Assembly: GCA_031364845.1 (NCBI GenBank)
Contig: JANLWX010000210.1
Coordinates: forward strand, 1 to 47,892
Reading direction: 5' to 3'
From: Candidatus Eiseniibacteriota bacterium
GTDB taxonomy: Bacteria > Eisenbacteria > RBG-16-71-46
DNA length: 47,892 bases
In this document: piece by piece, positions 39,516 through 47,892 of the stretch
How positions within the stretch are numbered: position 1 is the first letter of the stretch
How the letters are laid out: every line of letters begins with the position of its first letter
Made by a program: the position numbers and the translations under genes
Notes under the pieces: generated by a model
Seen by the model: only the letters and a program-made list of their open reading frames with translations
Told to the model about the DNA's origin: nothing
Databases searched by the model: none

Positions 39516-40367
39516 TTACGAGCGCGCGGAGCGCTTCCGCAGCGGCTGGCAGTGCGCGCAGTAGAACGTCGAGCGCTGTCCCTGAACCATGCGGCGCACG
39601 GGAGCGGCGCAGGTGCGGCACGGCTCGTCGGCCCGGTCGTACACCCGCAGTTGTTCGCCGTATGAGCCCGGCTCGTTCCACAGCGTGCGATACGCGCTGA
39701 ACGTCGTGCCCATGCGCGCGATCGCTTCACCGAGCACGGCCTGTGTTTCGCGCGCGATGAGCAACCATTCGCCGGGCGTAACGCGGCCCGCGGGCCGCGC
39801 GGGGTGGACTCCCGAGCGGTGGAGGATCTCGCTCGCGTAGATGTTGCCGATTCCGGCGATCCGGCGCTGGTCGAGCAGGAATTCCTTCACGCTGATTCGC
39901 AATCCGCGCGCGATTTCCGCCAGTGCTGGGCCGGTCGGCGGGTGGGCGATCGGATCGGGGCCGAGGAGTTTCAGCGATGGATCCTCGCCGAGTGCTTCCG
40001 CGCGCACGAGCCGGAACATGCCGAAGCGTCGCGGATCCTGGAACCACAGGCGTGAACCGTCTTCGAACTCCAAACGCACGTGAATGTGTTCGAGTCCGGC
40101 AGCACCGCCGTCCGGGAAGAACAGCCAGCGGCCGCTCATGCCGAGGTGCGACACGATCGAATGGCCGCCGGTGAGGTCGATGAGCAGATACTTGCCGTGA
40201 CGGCGGAGTGTCTGGATCGTTCGACCCCGGAGCGCTTTCGCGAGGCCGGGGGCGTGCGGCGTGCTGCGGAGGTTCAGGCGCGAGAGCCGCGCGCGTGCGA
40301 TCGTGCGTCCGGTCACGGACGACTGGAGCATGCGGCGAACCGTCTCGACTTCGGGGAGTTCGGGCAT
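39516..40367 (-). CDS. mutM: Formamidopyrimidine-DNA glycosylase
   Basis: MPELPEVE N-terminus, RHGKYL, HLGMSG, GIGNIYA, C-terminal Zn finger CRTC...CAHCQ. Confidence 0.95.
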   Translation of the reverse strand: MPELPEVETVRRMLQSSVTGRTIARARLSRLNLRSTPHAPGLAKALRGRTIQTLRRHGKYLLIDLTGGHSIVSHLGMSGRWLFFPDGGAAGLEHIHVRLEFEDGSRLWFQDPRRFGMFRLVRAEALGEDPSLKLLGPDPIAHPPTGPALAEIARGLRISVKEFLLDQRRIAGIGNIYASEILHRSGVHPARPAGRVTPGEWLLIARETQAVLGEAIARMGTTFSAYRTLWNEPGSYGEQLRVYDRADEPCRTCAAPVRRMVQGQRSTFYCAHCQPLRKRSARS

Positions 40368-40573
40368 GGGAGAACGGTAACGGTGCGGCGGGGCTGGGCG
40401 CCAGCGGCGTGAGGGGGTGCGGTCACTCGGTGCGAGAGGGGGAGCGTGGGAAGCGCTCGTTGGAAAGCTTGCGGGGCGGCTGCGCCGCCCCGCGGCATAT
40501 TGCGCCCGCTTTCTCCGGCGTGGCATGCTCCGGCGATTCACGGATGAGCCCCTCAATGGAAGGTACGCTTCGC

Positions 40574-41494
40574 ATGGACGATCCGGAGCGCTTCGAGGAA
40601 TTCGCGCGTCTCGCCACCGAGCAGCGCAACCCTCGCACGTTCGATCTCGACTCGCTCGATGTCCCCGGGCTGCTCGAGCGACTCTCGGCCGAGGACCATC
40701 TCGTACCGGCCGCGGTTGCCGCCGAGATCCCGTACATCGCCGCGGCCGTCGAGCTGGTCGTGCGCTCGCTTCGCGAAGGCGGCCGCCTGATCTACGTCGG
40801 CGCCGGAACCAGCGGCCGGCTCGGGGTGCTGGACGCCTCCGAGTGCCCGCCGACGTTCGGTTCTTCTCCCGAGCAGGTGCAGGGCGTGATGGCGGGCGGC
40901 TACGGAGCGCTCGTGCGCGCGGTGGAAGGCGCCGAAGACCGCATCGACGACGGGCGCGCCCAGATGGACGAGCGCGGGGTCGGACCCAAGGACACCGTGA
41001 TCGGCATCGCCGCGAGCCGGCGCACGCCGTTCGTGGTCGCAGCCCTGGAACGCGCGCGTGAGCTGGGTGCCAGGACGGCCTACGTCACCTGCACGCCCCG
41101 ATCGGAATTCTCACTCGACGTGGACGTCGCGATCTGTCCCGTGGTCGGTCCCGAGGCGATCATGGGATCGACGCGCATGAAGTCGGGAACCGCACAGAAG
41201 CTGGTGCTAAACATGATCACGACGGCCTCATTCATACGGATGGGGAAGCTGTACGAGAACATGATGGTGGACCTGCTCGCCAACAGTCAGAAGCTGGTCG
41301 AGCGCAGCCGGCGCACGGTGATGACCGTGACCGGCGTGGACTACGACACCGCCGCGCGTGCGATCGAACAGGCGGGCAAGAGCGTGAAGACGGCGATCGT
41401 CATGCTCACGCTCTCCTGCACGCGGCCCGAGGCCGAAGCACGACTGGAGCGCGCGAGCGGTTTCGTCCGCGCCGCACTGGAGGCACCCCGATGA
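40574..41494 (+). CDS. murQ: N-acetylmuramic acid 6-phosphate etherase
   Basis: TEQRNP, GAGTSGRLGVLDASECPPTF, GSTRMKSGTAQKLVLN. Confidence 0.95.
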   Translation: MDDPERFEEFARLATEQRNPRTFDLDSLDVPGLLERLSAEDHLVPAAVAAEIPYIAAAVELVVRSLREGGRLIYVGAGTSGRLGVLDASECPPTFGSSPEQVQGVMAGGYGALVRAVEGAEDRIDDGRAQMDERGVGPKDTVIGIAASRRTPFVVAALERARELGARTAYVTCTPRSEFSLDVDVAICPVVGPEAIMGSTRMKSGTAQKLVLNMITTASFIRMGKLYENMMVDLLANSQKLVERSRRTVMTVTGVDYDTAARAIEQAGKSVKTAIVMLTLSCTRPEAEARLERASGFVRAALEAPR

Positions 41495-42780
41495 ACATCA
41501 CGAGCCCGGGCGTTCCCGGAAACAAACCTCTTCTCCCGCGGCGGCCGCGTCCGACGCTTCGCGCCCTGCTCGCGTTGCTGCTCGCCGTTCCGCTCCTGTT
41601 CTCGCTCGCGTGCGGGAAGAAAGGCGGAGCCGCGCAGGAGATCGTGTTCTGGCAGTTCTGGCCGGCCGAGGTGATCGATCCGCTGCTGCGGAACTTCGAG
41701 AAGGAGCATCCGGGAACCACCGTGCGCATGGAACAGCTCACGTGGCAGAGCGGGCTCGAGAAGATCACGGCCGCGATGGCGTCGGGAAACGTTCCCGATC
41801 TGTGCGAGCTGGGCTCGACGTGGATGCCGCGCATGCTGCACGCGGATGCGCTGTCCGATTGGAGCGCTGGTATCGCCGACCTCAAACCGCAGTTGCGCGG
41901 GTGGGAAATCTGCTCGATCGGCGACGCGACCTACGGTGTGCCGTGGGTGTTGGGAACCCGTGCCCTGTTCTACAACAAGACGCTGTTCGCCAAGGCCGGT
42001 CTCGACTCGACGAAGCCGCCCGAGACGTGGGAGGAACTGCACGCGGCCGCCGATCGTATCCACAAGCTCGGCGGCGGGATCCGCGGCTTTGGCGCACAGG
42101 CCGGCGAGCGCTACGTGCTGTTCAAGAAGTTCATGCCGTTCGCATGGGGCAACGGCGGCACGATCTTGTCGGACGATCTCACGCGCTCGACGTTCGACTC
42201 GAAGGAGAACACCGACGCGCTCGCGTACTACCTGGAACTCGCGAAGGCCGGCGTGCTCGATCGCCAGGATGTGCTGGACCGCGAGTTCAAGGAAGGCCGG
42301 CTAGGGCTCTCGATCTCCGGCGCCTGGCTGTTCAAGTCGATTCCCAAGGACGCCCCCGGTCTGCGCTACGGCGTGGCGCTGGTTCCTGCGCCCGACCGCG
42401 ACCGCGGATCGCACGCGTCGTTCGCGGGCGGCGAGATGCTCGTGAGCTTCAGGGGATCGAAGCAGAAGCAGGCCGCACTCGAACTCGCGCGCTTCCTCGT
42501 GCGCCCCGAGAATGCGCTCGCGCTCGCGCAGTCGGCGAAGAGCGTTCAGCCCGCGACGATTGGCGCCGATACGTCCGCCTACTACCGCGAGCATCCCGAG
42601 GAACAGCTCATGATCCGTCAGTTCGCGACTGCCTATCCCACGCCGAATCATCCCGCGTGGGTCGAGATGGAGGCGGCGATCGAGGACGAAGTCGAGCAGG
42701 CGCTCTACGGCAAGAAGACGCCGGCACAGGCCGTCGCCGACGCCAGCCGCAAGCTGGACGAGCTGGTGGGGAAGAAATAG
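41491..42780 (+). CDS. Carbohydrate ABC transporter substrate-binding lipoprotein
   Basis: Lipobox LAC-G, PDLCELGSTW, LFYNKTLF, PPETWEEL. Confidence 0.88.
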   Translation: MNITSPGVPGNKPLLPRRPRPTLRALLALLLAVPLLFSLACGKKGGAAQEIVFWQFWPAEVIDPLLRNFEKEHPGTTVRMEQLTWQSGLEKITAAMASGNVPDLCELGSTWMPRMLHADALSDWSAGIADLKPQLRGWEICSIGDATYGVPWVLGTRALFYNKTLFAKAGLDSTKPPETWEELHAAADRIHKLGGGIRGFGAQAGERYVLFKKFMPFAWGNGGTILSDDLTRSTFDSKENTDALAYYLELAKAGVLDRQDVLDREFKEGRLGLSISGAWLFKSIPKDAPGLRYGVALVPAPDRDRGSHASFAGGEMLVSFRGSKQKQAALELARFLVRPENALALAQSAKSVQPATIGADTSAYYREHPEEQLMIRQFATAYPTPNHPAWVEMEAAIEDEVEQALYGKKTPAQAVADASRKLDELVGKK

Positions 42781-42804
42781 TGACTTCGGGTACGGAGCAC
42801 TGAC

Positions 42805-43680
42805 GTGAGGTCCTACTCGCGGGCGACGGCATGGACGCTGTTCTCGCCGTGGGTCGTGACTTTCGCGCTGTTCGGGCTCTATCCGTTCGCGTTCTCGCTC
42901 GCGGCGTCGTTCACCGACTATTCGCCGATAAATGCCGCGAGCGCCAGGTTCGTCGGAGCCGACAACTACGTCCGCGCGCTGCGCGATCCGGCGTTCTGGA
43001 GTTCGCTCGGCAACACGGCGATGTTCGTGGTCGGAACCATTCCGTTCACGACACTGCTGGCGCTCGGACTTGCGCTCGCGGTGCAGCCCGCGTTCCGCGG
43101 CCGCACGATCTTCCGGGTCGGCTTCTTCCTGCCGAGCGTCGTGTCCGTGGTCGTGCTGTCGCTGGTGTTCAAGGGCCTCTACGCGCCCAACGGGTCGCTC
43201 AACGGACTGCTGCATGCGCTGGGCCTGCCGACGCCGTCGTGGCTGCTCGATCCGAACACGGCACTTCCCGCGATCATGGCGATGGACGTGTGGGCCGCGA
43301 GCGGCTACTACATGGTGATCTTCCTCGCCGGGCTCGAAGCGATCCCGCGCGATCTCTACGAAGCCGCGCGCCTCGAAGGCGCCTCGTGGTGGGGTTGCCT
43401 GCGGCACATCACGTTACCCCTGCTGCGGCCGACGCTGCTGTTCGTGCTCGTGGTCAACACGGTCCGCAGCCTTCAGATCTTCGCCGAAGTGTTCGTGATG
43501 ACGCGCGGAGGGCCGCTGCACCGAACAACCACCGTGGTCTACTACCTCTATGAAGAGGCGTTCTACCGTTTCAACCTCGGCTACGCGAGTGCGGTCGCTT
43601 ATCTGCTGTTCATCCTGACGCTGCTGCTCGCATGGGCGCAGTCGCGGTTGGTCGGGCGCACTTCTGGAGTCGGCGCGTGA
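42805..43680 (+). CDS. Carbohydrate ABC transporter permease
   Basis: FVGADNY, EAA loop LYEAARLEGAS, ITLPLLRP. Confidence 0.92.
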   Translation: MRSYSRATAWTLFSPWVVTFALFGLYPFAFSLAASFTDYSPINAASARFVGADNYVRALRDPAFWSSLGNTAMFVVGTIPFTTLLALGLALAVQPAFRGRTIFRVGFFLPSVVSVVVLSLVFKGLYAPNGSLNGLLHALGLPTPSWLLDPNTALPAIMAMDVWAASGYYMVIFLAGLEAIPRDLYEAARLEGASWWGCLRHITLPLLRPTLLFVLVVNTVRSLQIFAEVFVMTRGGPLHRTTTVVYYLYEEAFYRFNLGYASAVAYLLFILTLLLAWAQSRLVGRTSGVGA

Positions 43681-44543
43681 GCGCGATCGAAACCCGCGAC
43701 ACCGCGGGCGCCGAGCCCGCTCCGCCGCCGCCCGCCTGGAGCGGGTCACTCATGCGATGGCTGTGGCTCGGGCCGCTGCTCGCGAGCATGCTGCTGCCGT
43801 TCGCCTGGATGCTGGCGGTGTCGCTGTCGGAGACTTCGGGCGGATCGTTCGCGCGGGCGATTTCGGGCCCGCTCGGCCTCGGCAACTATCGCGGACTGTT
43901 CGGCGCCGCGAACGTCGCGCGCTACTTCGCGAACAGCGCGCTCGTCGCGGCGGCGGTCGTTGTACTCAATGTGCTGACGGCGGCGGCGGTCGGCTACGTG
44001 CTCGCGCGAAGGCGCGTTCCGGGCGAGCGCTTCTGGTCGCTCGGTATCGTCGCGACGTTGATGCTGCCGAAGCAGGTGCTGATGATTCCGCTCTATCTCG
44101 TGATGGCGCGCATGCACCTGCTCGACAGTTACTCCGCGCTGATCCTGCCGTTCGCGGTCGATGCGTTCAGCATCTTTCTCGTCCGCCAGTACGTGCTCGG
44201 CCTTCCGATCGAACTCGAAGAAGCCGCGCGGGTCGATGGCGCATCGGACTGGATGATCTTCCGCAAGATCGTGCTGCCGCTCATGAAGCCGGTGCTCGCC
44301 GTGGTCGCGATCCAGGCGTTTCTGACCAACTGGAATTCGTTTCTGTTTCCGTTGATCTTCGTCGACTCCGACCGGCTGCGCACGCTGCCGGTCGGGCTCG
44401 CCTTGCTGTCCCAGACCGAGCACAGCGTGGATTGGGGATTTCTGATGGCAGGTTCGACCGCGGCATCGCTGCCGGTGCTCGTCGTGTTCATCGCGTTCCA
44501 GCGCCACATCATGTCCGGACTGCTCGCCGGGGCCGAGAAGTGA
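43677..44543 (+). CDS. Carbohydrate ABC transporter permease
   Basis: ELEEAARVDGAS, WNSFLFPL; GTGA overlap. Confidence 0.92.
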   Translation: MSAIETRDTAGAEPAPPPPAWSGSLMRWLWLGPLLASMLLPFAWMLAVSLSETSGGSFARAISGPLGLGNYRGLFGAANVARYFANSALVAAAVVVLNVLTAAAVGYVLARRRVPGERFWSLGIVATLMLPKQVLMIPLYLVMARMHLLDSYSALILPFAVDAFSIFLVRQYVLGLPIELEEAARVDGASDWMIFRKIVLPLMKPVLAVVAIQAFLTNWNSFLFPLIFVDSDRLRTLPVGLALLSQTEHSVDWGFLMAGSTAASLPVLVVFIAFQRHIMSGLLAGAEK

Positions 44544-45775
44544 GCCCGAATTCGCGTGCGCCCCGTACGACGCCGGACGCGTGGACTCCGCTGCGGACCT
44601 ATCTCGATCGCGACGAGCACTGGATCGTCGGCCTCATGACCGGCACATCGGCCGACGCGATCGACGCGGCGCTCGTGCGCTTCGAAGGAAGCGGCCTGGA
44701 GACGACGTACGAGTTGCGCGCCTACCGCGAGACGCCGCTCGATCCCGTGCTGCGCGCCGAGATCCTCGCCGTCGCGGGCTCGGAGTCGGTGGCGCTCGAG
44801 CGCGTGATGGAACTCGACGCGGCCCTCGGACGGCGCTACGTGGAGTGCGTGATCGAACTGCTGGCCGAGGCCAGCGTGCCCGCGATCGACATCGATGCGA
44901 TCGGTTCGCACGGCCAGACGCTGCGGCACGTGCCGCGCGGCGACGGGCGCACCGGCGCGCTCACCCTGCAGATCGGATCCGCCGCGGTGCTCGCCGAGCG
45001 CACCGGGATCGCGGTGGTGTCGGATTTCCGTTCGCGCGACACCGCCGCCGGGGGTGAAGGCGCTCCGCTCGTGCCGCTCGCCGACTGGTGGCTGTTCCGT
45101 TCGGAGACCGAAACCCGCGTGATGCTGAATCTGGGCGGCATGGCGAACGTGACGCACCTGCCGCGCGGCGGAAGCGCAGACTCCGTGGTCGCGTTCGACA
45201 CCGGGCCCGGCAACGCGGTGCTCGATGCGCTCGCGGGCCTCATGTCGGACGGAGCGCACGCGCACGACGCCGGCGGCATGGCCGCCGCGCGCGGAACGGC
45301 GAGCGAAGCGCTGCTCACGGAACTGCTTGCCGATCCCTTCTTCGCGCAGGAACCGCCGCGTTCGACCGGGCGCGAACGCTTCGGCGAGCGCTATGCGGCC
45401 AAGCTGCGGGAGGTCGCGCATGCGATGGGACTCTCGGACGACGACGTGATGGCGACCGCGGTCGAACTCACCTCGGCATCGATCGCGATGGCGATCGAAC
45501 GGTTCTTCGCGCCGCGCAGCCCGATCGAGGCGGTTTTCGCGAGCGGCGGAGGAGTCCATAATGCGACCCTGATGCGATCGCTCGAACGCCGTCTCAGCCC
45601 CGCGCGCGTGCGCTCCCTTAACAGCCTCGGCGTCGCACCCGAGGCCAAGGAAGCGCTTGCCTTCGCGTACCTCGCGCACCTCACGCTGTGCGGAACGCCG
45701 GGCAATCTGCCGGGGGCGACCGGGGCGCGGCATCCGGTGGTGCTCGGTCATGTGACTCCGGGAGCGGCGATATGA
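44540..45775 (+). CDS. anmK: Anhydro-N-acetylmuramic acid kinase
   Basis: GLMTGTSADAID, GSHGQT, GGEGAPLVP, NLGGMAN, FDTGPGN, KEALAFA. Confidence 0.95.
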   Translation: MSPNSRAPRTTPDAWTPLRTYLDRDEHWIVGLMTGTSADAIDAALVRFEGSGLETTYELRAYRETPLDPVLRAEILAVAGSESVALERVMELDAALGRRYVECVIELLAEASVPAIDIDAIGSHGQTLRHVPRGDGRTGALTLQIGSAAVLAERTGIAVVSDFRSRDTAAGGEGAPLVPLADWWLFRSETETRVMLNLGGMANVTHLPRGGSADSVVAFDTGPGNAVLDALAGLMSDGAHAHDAGGMAAARGTASEALLTELLADPFFAQEPPRSTGRERFGERYAAKLREVAHAMGLSDDDVMATAVELTSASIAMAIERFFAPRSPIEAVFASGGGVHNATLMRSLERRLSPARVRSLNSLGVAPEAKEALAFAYLAHLTLCGTPGNLPGATGARHPVVLGHVTPGAAI

Positions 45776-47103
45776 GTGCGATCCGATTCTCGCTGCTCGC
45801 CATCGCGTGCGCGCTCCTTGTAGCGCACATTCCGGGTGCCTTCGCGGCCACAACGCCCGGGCCTCCCGGGGTTCTCCCGCGCGAGCCCGCGCTCAAAGTT
45901 CAGATCGACAGCGAGCCGATCATGGATGTGGGACTCGCGGTGGATCTGGATTCGCTGATCGTGAGCCCGACCACGCGTCTCGCGCTTCACATGACGACCG
46001 ACGGCGCCAATCAGCCGCTCGGCGAGACGACGGGGCCGATCGAGATTCGCAGCGTCGACGGACAGTGGGAGATTGCATGGGGCGACTCGGGCGGCGAGAT
46101 CCGCTCGACCGTGCTTCCGGTGCTCGACACGTTGTGGATCGTGGGCACCGATCCCGATCCCGCCACCCACCGTCTGCGCTGGAATGGAAAGACCTGGCGC
46201 GGCATGGCGAAGGCCTTCGTCGGTCCGCGCGGGAAGCTCTCGTTCGCGCTGAGGCTGCCGCTCGAAAGCTACTTGCTCGGCGTCATCCCGGGCGAGATTG
46301 GCGCCCTCGGGGCGGATCTCATGCAGGCCGGGCGTGCGCAGGCGATCGCGGCGCGCAGCTACACGCTGTTCTATCGCGGACGGCGCACCGCAGAAGGCTT
46401 CGATCTCTACGGCACCGTCGAGGACCAGGTCTACGGACCGGTCGAAAGCGAGCGCCCGCTCGCAACCGACGTCGTACGCACGACGAGCGGCTGGGTGGCG
46501 TTGTACGACGGCATCCCGATCCGCGCCAACTACAGCTCGACGTGCGGCGGCATCACCGCGGATGTCTGGGAAGCGTGGCCCGATGCGCCGCGTGGATACC
46601 TCGTCAGCCATCGTGACCTGAGCGTGACCGGCGACTTCTGCGCCACATCGCCCCACTATCGCTGGAACGAGTCGTGGAAGCCTGAGGAGTTCCTCGCGAA
46701 CGTCGCGAAGTACGCGCCGCTCCAGGGTATTCGCGTTCCCGCCGGCGGGATCGGCGACCTCGTGAACGTCGTGGCGCAGCGACGGTCGCACTCGGGGCGT
46801 GTGTGGCAGCTGGTCGTGAAGGGCACGCGCGGAGAGATCCGAGTTCCGGCGTACTCGATCCGCCAGGTGCTCCGCCGTGGCGGAAACGCGAACGCGATCC
46901 TGCGCTCGAATCTCTTCAAGATCGACGTGCGCCGCGACCGCGGGACGCGCCGCGCCGTGGCGGTGGTCGCGAGCGGTGCCGGATCCGGACATGGCGTCGG
47001 CCTGTGCCAGACCGGAGCGCTCGGCATGGCGCGATCGGGAAAGCCCGCGGAAGCCATCATCCAGCACTACTATCCCGGGATCGATCTCAGGCGGCTTTAT
47101 TGA
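45772..47103 (+). CDS. SpoIID/LytB-domain lytic transglycosylase, exported
   Basis: Signal peptide; LESYLLGVIPGE (catalytic Glu position), AQAIAARSY, DQVY, STCGG, GHGVGLCQTGA. Confidence 0.9.
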   Translation: MSAIRFSLLAIACALLVAHIPGAFAATTPGPPGVLPREPALKVQIDSEPIMDVGLAVDLDSLIVSPTTRLALHMTTDGANQPLGETTGPIEIRSVDGQWEIAWGDSGGEIRSTVLPVLDTLWIVGTDPDPATHRLRWNGKTWRGMAKAFVGPRGKLSFALRLPLESYLLGVIPGEIGALGADLMQAGRAQAIAARSYTLFYRGRRTAEGFDLYGTVEDQVYGPVESERPLATDVVRTTSGWVALYDGIPIRANYSSTCGGITADVWEAWPDAPRGYLVSHRDLSVTGDFCATSPHYRWNESWKPEEFLANVAKYAPLQGIRVPAGGIGDLVNVVAQRRSHSGRVWQLVVKGTRGEIRVPAYSIRQVLRRGGNANAILRSNLFKIDVRRDRGTRRAVAVVASGAGSGHGVGLCQTGALGMARSGKPAEAIIQHYYPGIDLRRLY

Positions 47104-47129
47104 CACCCGCGCTTCGACGCGGCTATTCT
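47100..47129 (+). promoter_or_regulatory. Sigma-70 promoter for tRNA-Asp
   Basis: TTGACA-18 nt-TATTCT, overlapping the SpoIID stop codon. Confidence 0.6.
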
Positions 47130-47178
47130 GCCGCACGCTTTTGCCGTCGCGATCGCCGCTGATCGCGTTACGGCATGC

Positions 47179-47255
47179 GGGGTTGTAGCTCAGCCGGTTA
47201 GAGCGCCTGCCTGTCACGTAGGAGGTCGCGGGTTCGAGTCCCGTCAACCCCGCCA
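47179..47255 (+). tRNA. tRNA-Asp (GTC)
   Basis: GGGGTTG/CAACCCC acceptor stem, GCTC/GAGC D-stem, CT-GTC-AC anticodon loop, TTCGAGT T-loop, encoded CCA; 77 nt. Confidence 0.97.
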
Positions 47256-47384
47256 TTTCGTATGCAATGCCCTTCGCCTCCGAGGTTTCTGCCCCGGGGG
47301 CGATCGTGTTCAGGGGGTGGACGGCCGGAATGACCGGGATGCGAGGCCGCGGCCGGCCCACTGCGAAAAGGTCCCCGATTCCAG

Positions 47385-47412
47385 TTGACGGGGGAAAGCC
47401 GCTCCGTATACT
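47385..47412 (+). promoter_or_regulatory. Sigma-70 promoter upstream of the acidic protein gene
   Basis: TTGACG-16 nt-TATACT. Confidence 0.55.
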
Positions 47413-47532
47413 GCCGAGGCTTTTTTGTAAACGAGCGCATCGCGGCGCGAAGTTCAGCATCCATGCGCATGGTGGAGCGGATCCGAATCCGTTCCGGGGC
47501 AAGGCCAAATGACGATCGCGTCCGAGGAAGCC

Positions 47533-47775
47533 ATGATGAAGAAGAAGGGTGTTTCGGGAGACGACGAATTCAACGCGCTTCCCGATGATGAAATCGAAGA
47601 CTACGGCGACGATGACGAGGACGAAGACGAAGACCTGCTCGGAGACGATGAACTCGACGAGGATGACGAGTTCGGCGACGACGAGGAGGAGTTCGAAGAC
47701 GACTTCGACGAAGACGCCCCGTACACGGAAGACGAAGACTTCGCGAATCTGGACGCCGACGAAAAGGAAGAATAG
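47533..47775 (+). CDS. Small hyper-acidic, probably disordered protein
   Basis: ORF 47509..47775; GAGG RBS before ATG 47533; 45 of 80 residues are D/E by manual count. Confidence 0.7.
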   Translation: MMKKKGVSGDDEFNALPDDEIEDYGDDDEDEDEDLLGDDELDEDDEFGDDEEEFEDDFDEDAPYTEDEDFANLDADEKEE

Positions 47776-47855
47776 CGGCACCGTGTCTGCGGCCCGGGCT
47801 CTTCTGTAGCCGCGATCGGGTCTCGTGAACAGCTCGGGTGCCGGTGTCCCGCTCA

Positions 47856-47892
47856 GCGGGCCCTGATCCGGATTCATTCGGTCAGGGCCCGC
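47856..47892. terminator. Hairpin at the window edge, possible terminator
   Basis: GCGGGCCCTGA...TCAGGGCCCGC 11-bp stem; the downstream tail is not visible. Confidence 0.45.

Noticed and set aside
47179..47400. tRNA-Asp as an integration site
   Set aside because: No integrase and no duplicated tRNA 3' end seen within the window

Overview
High-GC bacterial chromosomal window, almost fully coding. An outer-membrane-barrel-like gene suggests a diderm; taxonomy cannot be fixed from sequence alone. In order: (i) a coupled deacetylase-like / SAM methyltransferase / GT-C-like membrane protein / acyl-CoA ligase operon; (ii) a DUF222-like+HNH gene at a convergent junction; (iii) a minus-strand run of OM barrel, heterodimeric ABC exporter, XRE-cupin regulator and MFS; (iv) D-2-hydroxyacid dehydrogenase-mobA-lysA-nrfHA, etfBA and a membrane-arm-only complex I cluster (nuoA-H-J-K-L-M-N); (v) moaC-moeA and a GT-C/TPR protein; (vi) a sensor-less sigma-54 activator, AlaX, and a small island with an orphan MqsA-like antitoxin; (vii) a DEAD-box helicase with degenerate ATPase motifs, and mutM; (viii) a murQ-ABC-anmK-SpoIID peptidoglycan recycling operon, tRNA-Asp(GTC) and a tiny hyper-acidic protein. 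The most striking unexplained signal is a two-part palindromic repeat family (CTTCGGTCC-N3-GGACCGAAG and ACTGTCCG-N2-CGGACAGT). It occurs in frame inside the HNH gene linker and again as an alternating cluster 30 kb away in non-coding DNA. Start codons were refined by eye from RBS and overlap evidence; no database searches were run.
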